Shown: positions 18,908-28,186 of the stretch, piece by piece
Numbering within the stretch: the first letter of the stretch is position 1
How the letters are laid out: each line of letters opens with the position of its first letter
Origin: an uncultured Flavobacteriales bacterium
Lineage (GTDB): Bacteria > Bacteroidota > Bacteroidia > Flavobacteriales_G > Salibacteraceae
DNA: 64,000 nucleotides
Assembly (NCBI GenBank): GCA_913057205.1
Contig: CAJXNO010000006.1
Location: forward strand, 1,778-65,777
Direction: 5' to 3'
Made by a program: the position numbers and the translations under genes
Notes under the pieces: generated by a model
What the model saw: only the letters and a program-made list of their open reading frames with translations
Told to the model about the DNA's origin: nothing
Database searches by the model: none

Positions 18908-20427
18908 TTAATTTCTTTCGCTTTAGGTTCTTCTATGATCAGGGTCTGCAATGACTTAGCTAACACCCTGGTATCAAATTTTTTATCCTTCATCTGCAGC
19001 GTAACATCTGCGTCCTCATCATTCATGTTAAGTACGTAGCACACGACCTGATCGTTCGGGTTCTTCACCGCCAATGCCATCATTCCCTCCGACTCCAAAC
19101 TCGACTCGATCACCTTAGCTCCAGGCTCGATGAATCGGCTGAACTGCGCAAGTATGTAGTAGAGCGGAGTGTAGTACACTTCATCACTTGCAGTATCAAC
19201 AATAACCGGCGCAATGCACCAGTTCTTGGCATGGTTAGGCCCACCTTGCTTATCCAAGACCATGTTCCAATCGATCCATCCCTCTACGCGGTTATTCAAA
19301 CAACCCATGATATCTCGCGCATAGCGATAGGTGGGAACATATTTAGGATGGTCCTTCTTGTTCTCTGGTTTCGCCCAATCGTACCCCCAATCCGTTGCTT
19401 CTTTGCTCCAATACCATGCATCGTCCTTCCACACAGGCACCTCCGCATCAATACAGGCTTCTGAGTGGATCAAGTGAAGGTATGGGGCTGCCTCATGGGC
19501 GTACTGTAGGGATGGACCGAAATAGTCAACCGTGCTGGAGTACCAATGCACCGCCGTACCATCGATATACGGAAGTAATGCCGAGTCTTTGAGCATTACA
19601 TCCACCCAATGCTTCAGCTCCTCCCCACGATTCTGGTCATAGACGAAAACCTTTGCATCAACATCGTTCTGCTCTAGGGTAGGCCCAAGGTAATCCTTGA
19701 TGAAAGCTGACATGGACGCTGGTGTGTAGTGCATGCTCTCCCAGTTCTCGTTATTGCCTAACGGCTCATTTTCTACTGTGTAGCCCCAGATTGGTATACC
19801 CTCCGCCGCATAGGCGCGATGGTACTTGACGAAGAAATCAGCCCAAGTTTGGTGATAGGCTGGCAATAAGCTTCCACCATTCCACGCGCCATTGTCCTTC
19901 ATCCAAGGCGCAGCCGTCCAAGGCGAAGCCAAGAACTTGATCTCTCTATGGGCTACGGATTGCGCTTGTTTGATGATCGGAATGATGTCGTTGAAGTCTC
20001 GCTCAATGCTGAAATGCTCCAGCGCTGTGTCTCCGGGAATTGGAGTATAGGAATAGGTATGCGTTGAGAAATCACAGCTGTTCATATGCGTTCTGCAAAA
20101 ACTATACGCGGCGCCCTCTTTGGTAAAATAGGCGCTCAGGATCTCTGCGCGCTTCTGAGGACTCATACCCATCAGTAAATGACTCGTAGACTGAGTGAAT
20201 GCCCCTCCAATACCGATCACTTCTTGGAAGCTCATCTCTGGATCTATCTTTAAGGTCAGCGCAGCATTGAGGTCACTTGGAAATGCTACTTTACTGATCT
20301 GATGGCCCGTAGAACTCGTCTGATAAGCCGTTACAATCATGGATTCACGATCGTTGGTACATGCAGCTAACATCATGAGGGTCAAAACAGCTATGACGGC
20401 GCTATGAAGCCTATTACTTACGTGCAT
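18904..20427 (-). CDS. GH30 glycoside hydrolase (glucosylceramidase-like; likely beta-1,6-glucosidase/glucanase), lipoprotein
   Basis: Lipobox (LAAC) plus the GIGGAFTQS and TVENEP motifs typical of GH30. Confidence 0.8.
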   Translation of the reverse strand: MHVSNRLHSAVIAVLTLMMLAACTNDRESMIVTAYQTSSTGHQISKVAFPSDLNAALTLKIDPEMSFQEVIGIGGAFTQSTSHLLMGMSPQKRAEILSAYFTKEGAAYSFCRTHMNSCDFSTHTYSYTPIPGDTALEHFSIERDFNDIIPIIKQAQSVAHREIKFLASPWTAAPWMKDNGAWNGGSLLPAYHQTWADFFVKYHRAYAAEGIPIWGYTVENEPLGNNENWESMHYTPASMSAFIKDYLGPTLEQNDVDAKVFVYDQNRGEELKHWVDVMLKDSALLPYIDGTAVHWYSSTVDYFGPSLQYAHEAAPYLHLIHSEACIDAEVPVWKDDAWYWSKEATDWGYDWAKPENKKDHPKYVPTYRYARDIMGCLNNRVEGWIDWNMVLDKQGGPNHAKNWCIAPVIVDTASDEVYYTPLYYILAQFSRFIEPGAKVIESSLESEGMMALAVKNPNDQVVCYVLNMNDEDADVTLQMKDKKFDTRVLAKSLQTLIIEEPKAKEIK

Positions 20428-21694
20428 AAACCCTCACATAGTCTAAGATATACTTCGGTTTATCCGGGTTCTCATCTATGCCCTGAGCACCTCCCCAACC
20501 GCCACCGATGGCAAGGTTGATGATAATGTTCTGAGGCTTATCGAACGGCCACTCCAAGGAATCAGCTGTCTTATCATACGTGTAATAATGTTCTCCATCA
20601 AGCGTTCCGCGGATCTCATTCGGGTACCACTCCACGGCATAGGTGTGGTATTCCTCGTTCATGTTTGTGACTTCAATCTGGCTCCCGATCTGGTTTCCTT
20701 GCTTGAAATAATAAGCGCGAGTATGGCAAGTAGCATGGTTAATACCATCGCCTGTTTCATCATCGATTTCATAGCCAACACATTCGAGGATATCGATTTC
20801 GCCGCAATACGGCCAAGAGATCTCATCCCGATAGGAATCTCCGAGTGTCCAACCTGCAGACCACGTTCCTCTGCCTGTAGGCACTTTTGCTCGAAACTCG
20901 ATCTTTCCGTAAAGGAAGGAGGTCTTGCCCTGTGTGGTCAAGCGCGCAGAGGTCCATCCATCACCCTCCGCATCCTTGTGCGCTTCAATGATGAGGTTAC
21001 CATCTTCTATGCGGGCATTCCTTGGATCCCCGTTGGTATAATACTGTAGCTCGTTGTTTCCCCAACCCCAATTGCCTACGTTGTAGGTCCATTTGGTCGT
21101 ATCAGGAAGGCCATCTTCTTCAAACTCGTCAGACCATACCAGCTCCCATGCTTCGCCCTCCATGTTCTGCTCAAGGCTCTCTTTGGTATCTCGGTGAAAC
21201 AATATGGGCTCAAAACGGATGAAGTCTAGGGTAACATCACCCCCGTGGGCATGTACGCGAATGGGATGTGGTCCAGCTTGAAGAGGAGAACCATCGATGA
21301 AGACCTCCTTCATTACATCTGCAGGCAGGTTCAGCTTACCTGTGATGTCGTAGGTGCGATCGTCTTTGTTCCCAACATAGTCTTCCACCCAAACTGCCCC
21401 TCCATTGGTAGTACTACCTTTCGCAACCACTCGATAGCGACCCGTTCTCGGAATTTCAACCATGTACTCCAACCAACCGTCAGCGGTCATCGAGATCACA
21501 TCCCCGGAATCCGGTTCACTTGATGAGCCGGTATAGGACTCGGCTTCCACCTGCACAGTACCTTCCGTTGGGGTTGTTTCAACTGTATCACGACCAATGG
21601 ACCCATCGTCTTCTTTCGGCGTGTTTTGTCCGCCGCAGCCAACTAAAACCATCACGGAGACCATGATAAAAACGAGACTTAAATACCGCATCAT
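20414..21694 (-). CDS. CBM6-like module plus GH16 endo-beta-1,3-glucanase (laminarinase), lipoprotein
   Basis: Lipobox (LVGC). The N-terminal VEAESY...GRYRV...IRFE pattern looks like CBM6. GH16 catalytic motif GEIDILE (ExDxxE). Confidence 0.85.
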   Translation of the reverse strand: MMRYLSLVFIMVSVMVLVGCGGQNTPKEDDGSIGRDTVETTPTEGTVQVEAESYTGSSSEPDSGDVISMTADGWLEYMVEIPRTGRYRVVAKGSTTNGGAVWVEDYVGNKDDRTYDITGKLNLPADVMKEVFIDGSPLQAGPHPIRVHAHGGDVTLDFIRFEPILFHRDTKESLEQNMEGEAWELVWSDEFEEDGLPDTTKWTYNVGNWGWGNNELQYYTNGDPRNARIEDGNLIIEAHKDAEGDGWTSARLTTQGKTSFLYGKIEFRAKVPTGRGTWSAGWTLGDSYRDEISWPYCGEIDILECVGYEIDDETGDGINHATCHTRAYYFKQGNQIGSQIEVTNMNEEYHTYAVEWYPNEIRGTLDGEHYYTYDKTADSLEWPFDKPQNIIINLAIGGGWGGAQGIDENPDKPKYILDYVRVYARK

Positions 21695-21701
21695 AAGCTT
21701 A

Positions 21702-23267
21702 TTATTTAACCAGTTGTTCTTCCAATTCTTCCAATGACTTCCCTTTGGTCTCAGGAATCACCTTGATGATGAATGCGAGTCCGAGTACTGCGAAAACCGC
21801 ATAGATCAAGAAGGTTAGGGTATTTCCGAGCACATCCAGTTCCCATGGGAACACCCACTGTACGAGGAAGCTGATCGCTGAATTGACCAATCCTACAACG
21901 GAAATAGCGATGCCACGAATAGAGTTCGGAAACAATTCTGAAAAGAGCACCCACATCACTGGACCGATAGACATAGCGAAAGACGCTACAAAGCCCAAGA
22001 TCGCAATCAAGATCAAGGTTGGATTAATGCTGATGGCTTCCTTTACAATAGCGTTCTGGTGCTCGCGGAAACGTTCTTCTCCAATGGCTCCGATCACCGC
22101 ATCTTTAAACGCTAGGTCACTATCAAAGGTGGTTCCTACCAAGCCTGATATGGCATCTGTTTGGATGGATGCATCCAAGCGTTCAAGGTCGCCATCGTCT
22201 AAGGTGTAAGTGGCTGAAGCAAAACCATAGGAAAGCAGGAACATGCAAACGGCAATGCCAGATACACCAAAGGAGAGGAGGGGCTTACGACCGAGCTTAT
22301 CAATGAACATCATGGCCAGAACCGTGAAGACCAAGTTGGTCAAACCAACGAAGATGGCTTGGATGAAAGAAGCGTCCGTTCCAATACCTGACTGTTCAAA
22401 GATCATCGGCGCATAGAAGAAAACAGAGTTGATGCCTGTGATCTGCTGTAGTATGCCAACAACAATTCCAATAACCAGCACAAGTCGGAGCGATGGATTC
22501 AGCAACTCCTTCCATTCACCTTTGGTCTTATTATCGTCTGTGGAGAGGCTTTCTTTGATCTTGGCGATCTGCTCTTTGGTATCAGCATCACCCATGGTGT
22601 ACCGGCGCATCACCTTGATCGCCTCATCAAAGTGACCCTTCATCACGAGCCATCGAGGACTCCTTGGGATCAAGAAAAGCCCGATGAAATAAAGAATAGC
22701 TGGAACCGCCTCCAAACCGAGCATCCAACGCCAATTATACTTGTCGATGCCAAGGGCTGCTACCCATGTGGCATCCGACTTTCCAAAACGCAGGATCAAA
22801 TAGTTAGTAAAGAAGGCCAAGGAGATACCGATAACAATGTTCAACTGGTTGATGGATACCATCCTCCCTCGCAAGTTGGGAGGTGAGATCTCTGCGATGT
22901 ACATCGGAGCAAGGATCAGGGAAGCCCCAACGCCAAAACCACCGATCATGCGTGCGATCACAAGCAGCAAGAAGCTTGGAGCAAATGCCGAGGCGAGCGC
23001 ACTCAGCGCGTACAGGATCGCAGCAACTCGGAGAACCGCTCTACGACCAAATCTGTCGCTCAATGGACCTGCAAATAACATCGCTGCCGTAGCAGCAAGA
23101 GTGAGGGAGGCAACAGACCATCCCAACTCCAGTTTCGTTAAACCAAATTCAGGCTCAATGAATTGTACAACACCGGAGATGACCGAGGCGTCGAACCCCA
23201 TCAACAAACCACCGAGTGCTACGATCAGTGCCGTGAGAACGATGGTATAGTTCGTTTGCTTTTTCAT
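21702..23267 (-). CDS. MFS sugar porter (sugar:H+ symporter family)
   Basis: GRR and PESPRW-like (PRSPRW) motifs, QQxTGIN, and a PETKG C-terminus. It carries an unusual hydrophilic insert of about 65 aa between TM9 and TM10. Confidence 0.9.
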   Translation of the reverse strand: MKKQTNYTIVLTALIVALGGLLMGFDASVISGVVQFIEPEFGLTKLELGWSVASLTLAATAAMLFAGPLSDRFGRRAVLRVAAILYALSALASAFAPSFLLLVIARMIGGFGVGASLILAPMYIAEISPPNLRGRMVSINQLNIVIGISLAFFTNYLILRFGKSDATWVAALGIDKYNWRWMLGLEAVPAILYFIGLFLIPRSPRWLVMKGHFDEAIKVMRRYTMGDADTKEQIAKIKESLSTDDNKTKGEWKELLNPSLRLVLVIGIVVGILQQITGINSVFFYAPMIFEQSGIGTDASFIQAIFVGLTNLVFTVLAMMFIDKLGRKPLLSFGVSGIAVCMFLLSYGFASATYTLDDGDLERLDASIQTDAISGLVGTTFDSDLAFKDAVIGAIGEERFREHQNAIVKEAISINPTLILIAILGFVASFAMSIGPVMWVLFSELFPNSIRGIAISVVGLVNSAISFLVQWVFPWELDVLGNTLTFLIYAVFAVLGLAFIIKVIPETKGKSLEELEEQLVK

Positions 23268-23396
23268 AGGCGTATTAGTTAGCGCTCAAACACCGTAGGA
23301 CAGCGTACAAAATTCGCCAACGACTATCATCTAGGTTATTGATAATCAATGCACTTATGATATGTGTAAACTTGTTGTCCACTTTTTCGGGGTGAG

Positions 23397-23404
23397 CAAA
23401 TATA
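23397..23404 (-). promoter_or_regulatory. Bacteroidota -7 promoter box (TATATTTG on the minus strand) for the MFS-GH16-GH30-phosphorylase suboperon
   Basis: Perfect TAnnTTTG, 130 nt upstream of the MFS ATG. Confidence 0.4.
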
Positions 23405-23410
23405 GACTAC

Positions 23411-23431
23411 TTAAGGTAAGTTTAACCAAAA
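23411..23431. promoter_or_regulatory. 21-bp motif TTAAGGTAAGTTTAACCAAAA, shared (17/21) with 28184-28204
   Basis: Lies 6 nt upstream of the -7 box at 23397-23404. Its counterpart overlaps the -7 box of the PUL regulator gene. Confidence 0.45.
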
Positions 23432-23444
23432 GGACAATTTAATG

Positions 23445-25718
23445 TTAAGACCCGGCCGCTAAGTAGAACGAAGCAGATCTATTTGCGATGAAGATATCAA
23501 ACCATCCCGGCTCCAAGGTTTTGCTCCGGGGATCAAGTCCGGTGCTTTTTAGTTCTGAGATAGGAATGCTGAATTGAACGGTACGCGATCGATTCGGCAA
23601 CGTGTTGACCTTCTTGTAGGCGGCTAGTTTTTTCACCTCAGGCGTCACCTTCGATACGCGATCAGCGATGAAGACTAAGACAGATTCTTTTTGACCTTGA
23701 TCTCCGAGGTTCGAAATGCGAACATCGATCGCTAAGGTATCATCTGGTTGAAGGGTATCAGATGCCAGGCTGATCTCATCATAGGCGATCTCCACATAGC
23801 CAATTCCCGATCCGAAGGCCCATTGGGGTTGGTAGGCTGACATCCCATAGTTGGTATCCATCGCTTCGATGTGCTTGTGTGCGTAAGGCATATAAAGTCC
23901 TTCGTACCTCGGGTAGCTGAAGGGTAGTTTTCCTGAGGGCGAGGCCTTGCCAAGCAACAGGTCTGCGATCGCCTCTCCTCCGCTGTTCCCCGGCACGAAG
24001 CCCATCAGGATGGCATCCACCAGCGGCTCTATCGTTCTAACAATGCGGGGACGGCTTTGCATCATCACCAGCACTATGGTCTTACCTCTCCTATGAAGGA
24101 ATTCAATCAAGGCCTGATCCGAAGCTGGCAGGTCGATGCTTGGAACATCTCCTGGTTTCTCTGTAGCTGGTCGTTCGCCTAAGCACACCAAAATCACTTC
24201 CGCCTCATCGACCATGTTGGTGTTCACGCCTTCTAGCCAAGCAGCACTGGATCTTCGATCTGCAAAGGACACGTTCTTTGCGCGCTCTGAGAACGCTTGG
24301 TAGATGGTAGCATACGGCTCCTTATGGATGAAGGTATCCCTGCCTTGCCAAGTGCGCGACCAAGCCCCGTTCTGAATGCTCAGGTCGTCGGAGGCATTAC
24401 CACAGATGAGGATCTTGCTATCTGCAGATAAAGGAAGGACCTCTCCTTCGTTCTTGAGCAAACAGGCTCCTTCCAGTGCTATTTCATATGAACTCTTGTA
24501 GTGTTCTTCACCTCCAAAGCGAGGAAAGTCTCCCTCGCCAGGGAGGAAAGACCCATCCAACAAGCCAATCGCTTGCTTAGCCTTGAGGATTCGGTAGACC
24601 GAGGCGTCGATCCTCGCTTGATCGAGCTCGTCATTCAAGACCAGCTCATACAAGGTCTTCGAAAATTCAAAATCGTTCGGCACCATCACCATGTCGATGC
24701 CGGAATTGATGGCGAGTTTCACTGCTTCTTCCATGCTCGCTACGGATCGGTGCAAGCGATAAAGGTTCTGCACATCCCCCCAATCAGAGATCAATACTCC
24801 TTCAAACCCTAGTTCATCGCGTAAAACTCCCTTTAATAAGTATGAATTGGCATGGGTAGGTATGCCATCGATCTCATTCGTTCCGATCATAATGGATGCT
24901 ACACCTTCTGAAACAGCCCCTTCGAAAGGAGGCAGAAACACATCGCGCAACTTCCTTTCTCCTATATCAATGGGCGTTCGATCCTTACCTGTACGTACGT
25001 CACCAACTGCAACAAAGTGCTTTGCGCATGCCAATACCTGAGCACTTGGACTGTTGACAGCTTGGTAACCCCTAACCATGGCTTTTCCCATTTGCTTCGC
25101 GAGGTAGGTATCCTCACCGAAGGTCTCAAAAAACTGCACCCAATAAGGGTTTCTAACCACATCCAAGATGGGTGAAAAGACCCACGGAATGCCTGAAGCT
25201 TTAGTCTCATAGGCCGAAATACCTGCAGCCAATGCAGCCAAGGAGTCGTTAAAGCTTGCAGCGATCATCAATTGATGCGGGAGCAGGGTCGAGCCGGAAG
25301 TGTAATTAGCGCCATGAATCGCGTCAATACCATAGAGGATAGGAATACCCACTCGTTCTTCGCTCTGTTCATGAAGGAAGGAGGTGATGTACTGCCAGGT
25401 CTCAAGAGACAGCGCATGATCAGCGGTATTCATCACCGAACCTACCTTGAAGGAATCCAGTGCTAAAGAGAGCGCTGTAGCATCAAAGGAAACAGGATGT
25501 TTAACCGAACCATCTTCCTGACGTTGCAACAATAGTGGCAGGTTGATCTGGGTCATCTGTCCTACCTTCTCGCGTAGCGACATGCTATTGATGCGTCTCC
25601 ACAATTCATCCTCGGATCGGACCTGATGATCACCCGCTGCCGACAAAAGAATGGTTGCCCCTACGAAGAGCAATATACGGGTAAGTGATCGATGAGTTTT
25701 TATGCAAACGCGAGCCAT
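23445..25718 (-). CDS. GH3 beta-glucosidase
   Basis: GH3 motifs including VLISDWGDV (nucleophile Asp) and a C-terminal Fn3-like domain. The signal peptide begins at ATG 25718. Confidence 0.9.
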   Translation of the reverse strand: MARVCIKTHRSLTRILLFVGATILLSAAGDHQVRSEDELWRRINSMSLREKVGQMTQINLPLLLQRQEDGSVKHPVSFDATALSLALDSFKVGSVMNTADHALSLETWQYITSFLHEQSEERVGIPILYGIDAIHGANYTSGSTLLPHQLMIAASFNDSLAALAAGISAYETKASGIPWVFSPILDVVRNPYWVQFFETFGEDTYLAKQMGKAMVRGYQAVNSPSAQVLACAKHFVAVGDVRTGKDRTPIDIGERKLRDVFLPPFEGAVSEGVASIMIGTNEIDGIPTHANSYLLKGVLRDELGFEGVLISDWGDVQNLYRLHRSVASMEEAVKLAINSGIDMVMVPNDFEFSKTLYELVLNDELDQARIDASVYRILKAKQAIGLLDGSFLPGEGDFPRFGGEEHYKSSYEIALEGACLLKNEGEVLPLSADSKILICGNASDDLSIQNGAWSRTWQGRDTFIHKEPYATIYQAFSERAKNVSFADRRSSAAWLEGVNTNMVDEAEVILVCLGERPATEKPGDVPSIDLPASDQALIEFLHRRGKTIVLVMMQSRPRIVRTIEPLVDAILMGFVPGNSGGEAIADLLLGKASPSGKLPFSYPRYEGLYMPYAHKHIEAMDTNYGMSAYQPQWAFGSGIGYVEIAYDEISLASDTLQPDDTLAIDVRISNLGDQGQKESVLVFIADRVSKVTPEVKKLAAYKKVNTLPNRSRTVQFSIPISELKSTGLDPRSKTLEPGWFDIFIANRSASFYLAAGS

Positions 25719-27319
25719 AAGATGAGTACTACGATAATAAGCCCTACTGAAAGAACAGCATTCCAACGATTGAATGATCTTGGCTCACCCTTCGCCCAGA
25801 ACACACTGCTCAATTCCTTACGATGCGATTGGGTGACGTAGCTCACGACAAAAAGCACACCTGAACATACCAAGAAAAGGAACAAGGCAAAGTGTAGAAA
25901 ATTGACCTCAGCTACCTCCAGCCAAAACCCGGATAAAAGGTCCTTATTGATCTCAAGGATCAAACGGAGTGTACCTAAGACAGCACCGCTGAACAGCGCA
26001 GCAAGAGCGCCTTTGTTGTTGACCGTTTTTGATAAAATACCAATCAAGAAAACGGCTGCAATCGGCGGAGCAATGTACGCTTGTATACTTTGAAGTTTCT
26101 GAAACAACCCGCCTTCAATGACTTGAAGCATGGGAATCCATGCAAGTCCCAAGACCACCAATAAAATCGTTACGACCTGACCGACGCGCACCAGTTGTTT
26201 GTCGCTGGTAGAGGGCCGCCACTTTTTGTAGATATCAATCGTAAAAAGCGTTGAGCAAGAATTGAAAACAGAGCTCAATGAACTCATCAATGCGGCGAGC
26301 AATCCGGCGATAACCAAACCTCTTAGCCCGCTAGGTAAGAGGTAGTTGATCAGCAATGGCAGTGCTGCGTCGTATTCGGCTTGGCCATCGGTAGTAGGGA
26401 ATGCAAAGCCAGAAGCAGGATCGGAAGCCAAGGCAAAAGCGATTACGCCAGGTAGCACGAAGATGAACATCGGCAGCAGCTTGAGATAGCCCGCCACAAT
26501 ACTGCCACGTCGAGCATGCGAAAGGTCTTTAGCCGCCAGCACGCGTTGCACGATGAACTGGTCTGTACACCAATACCATACCCCCAAGATCGGTGCGCCG
26601 AATAAGATGCCGGTCCAAGGATAATCCGCGTCATCCATTCCTCTCCAAAGCGACAATTGCTCTGACGTGGTGTGCTCACGTAAGCCGTCGATGCCTCCTA
26701 CAGCATCCAAACCAATGATGGTGAGAACAATGCTTCCCCCGATCAAGATGAACATCTGAACAAGATCGGTATAGATCACCGCTCTTAGCCCTCCTAATAC
26801 CGTATAAGCGCCAGTGATGAGCACAATCGCGATTGCTCCGGTCCAAAAATCTACACCAAGAAGGGCAACGAAAACGATGCCGCCCGCGGCGATGGTGACC
26901 GAGATCTTTGTTAGGATATACCCAGCGATGGATACCCAACTAAGGTAATTTCTGGCGGTAACACTGTAGCGAACCTCGAGGAATTCCGGCATGGTGAAGA
27001 CTCCGGTACGGAGGTAGAAGGGAACAAAGAGCCATCCCAGCAAGAGCAGCATGAATGAAGCTAGGATCTCAAACTGAGAAGCAACGAAATTACCTGCTGC
27101 ACCCTGCCCGGCGAGTCCAACCAAATGCTCGGAGCCAATGTTTGAAGCAAACAATGAAGCGGCGATGGCGATCCAACCTAGATCTCTTCCTCCAAGAAAG
27201 TAAGAGGAGGTATTGGCGTCGTCGCTCTCCAACGCGGGGGCGGCAGGACGCTTGCGTACGACAAAATAAGCAACGGTTAGGATCAGGATGAAGTAACCAA
27301 GGATGACGATCCAGTCCAA
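25700..27319 (-). CDS. sodium:solute symporter (SSS family, SGLT-like glucose transporter)
   Basis: 539 aa with about 14 TM segments and an SGLT-like N-terminal LDWIVILGYF. The only available start is TTG at 27319; there is no in-frame ATG for more than 60 codons. Confidence 0.88.
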   Translation of the reverse strand: MDWIVILGYFILILTVAYFVVRKRPAAPALESDDANTSSYFLGGRDLGWIAIAASLFASNIGSEHLVGLAGQGAAGNFVASQFEILASFMLLLLGWLFVPFYLRTGVFTMPEFLEVRYSVTARNYLSWVSIAGYILTKISVTIAAGGIVFVALLGVDFWTGAIAIVLITGAYTVLGGLRAVIYTDLVQMFILIGGSIVLTIIGLDAVGGIDGLREHTTSEQLSLWRGMDDADYPWTGILFGAPILGVWYWCTDQFIVQRVLAAKDLSHARRGSIVAGYLKLLPMFIFVLPGVIAFALASDPASGFAFPTTDGQAEYDAALPLLINYLLPSGLRGLVIAGLLAALMSSLSSVFNSCSTLFTIDIYKKWRPSTSDKQLVRVGQVVTILLVVLGLAWIPMLQVIEGGLFQKLQSIQAYIAPPIAAVFLIGILSKTVNNKGALAALFSGAVLGTLRLILEINKDLLSGFWLEVAEVNFLHFALFLFLVCSGVLFVVSYVTQSHRKELSSVFWAKGEPRSFNRWNAVLSVGLIIVVLILWLAFA

Positions 27320-27373
27320 TGCATCAACGGCCGTCTCGGTATGTAATTGATGCTCCAGAGGAACAAATATTGG

Positions 27374-28123
27374 TTACAGTCCGAAGGTAGTGCCTTCAGC
27401 GAGTAAGGTCTCGTAGGCTTCCATATCGAAGGAAAAAAGGCGCGCCGGACGATGTGGAACGTCGGTCTGCATTTCCTTGAGGTCTTTCAAGAAACCCATG
27501 CTCAGGATACGCTTTCTGAAGTTCGCCTTATCATATTTTGTGTTGAAGATCGCTTCGTACAAAGCCTGCATCTCTCCCAAGGTGAACTTATTCGGTAGGA
27601 GCTCAAATCCAATGGGATGATTACGGGCACTTTCTTGCAACATCTTAAATGCGTCCACCACAATCTTGTTATGATCGAACGCAAGGTCCGGAAGGGAACG
27701 AATGTCGACCCAATAAACATTATCGGCCCATGAACTGGCCAGTGGTTCATAGATGTCGGCATTGATCAAGGCATAAAAGCCAACGGTCACTACCCGCCCG
27801 ATGGGATGACGATCTACCTCACCATAGGTTTTCGTTTGCTCCATGGTCACTCCTTCGATCCCGGTCAGATCCTTTAACACCCGATATGCTGAAAGGCGAA
27901 CATCTTCGTTCGGATAGACCAAATCACCGGGCAAGGCCATCTGACCCAGGTGAGGATTTGCTCCACGCTCAATGACCAAGAGTTTAATGGCTTGTTCATG
28001 GTACCCCAAAATGACGCAGTCTACAGAAATAGCACACTGAAAGAATTTCTCAATCGGGATCTTGTAGTGACCTGTGAACTGATGTCCAATCACACTCTCT
28101 ATGGTTTCTTTTCGATTATTCAT
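27374..28123 (-). CDS. Nudix-fold transcriptional regulator (NrtR/AraR-like), paralog of 6052-6795
   Basis: Same architecture as 6052-6795: a degenerate Nudix box (GDLVYPNEDVRLSAYRVLKDLTGIEG), LAFDHNKI, and an FTLGEMQ...NFRKR winged-helix tail. Confidence 0.7.
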   Translation of the reverse strand: MNNRKETIESVIGHQFTGHYKIPIEKFFQCAISVDCVILGYHEQAIKLLVIERGANPHLGQMALPGDLVYPNEDVRLSAYRVLKDLTGIEGVTMEQTKTYGEVDRHPIGRVVTVGFYALINADIYEPLASSWADNVYWVDIRSLPDLAFDHNKIVVDAFKMLQESARNHPIGFELLPNKFTLGEMQALYEAIFNTKYDKANFRKRILSMGFLKDLKEMQTDVPHRPARLFSFDMEAYETLLAEGTTFGL

Positions 28124-28178
28124 GACGGGGAGGTGGATAGATTACTTTACAACAATAAGAACAAATCCTCAACGTAGA

Positions 28179-28186
28179 CAAACTTA
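28179..28186 (-). promoter_or_regulatory. Bacteroidota -7 promoter box (TAAGTTTG on the minus strand) for the regulator-SGLT-GH3 suboperon
   Basis: Perfect TAnnTTTG, 56 nt upstream of ATG 28123. Confidence 0.4.

Noticed and set aside
23338-23350. A 13-bp perfect palindrome, ATTGATAATCAAT, upstream of the MFS gene.
   Set aside because: It is a single copy, AT-rich, and lies downstream of the predicted -7 box (in the leader). No related site occurs in the other PUL control regions, so I did not call it an operator.
27321-27353. A GCATCAA-N19-TTGATGC inverted repeat between the regulator stop and the SGLT start.
   Set aside because: The loop is 19 nt, there is no U tract, and the repeat lies in what may be coding or leader sequence of the transporter. 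There is no second copy elsewhere in the window.
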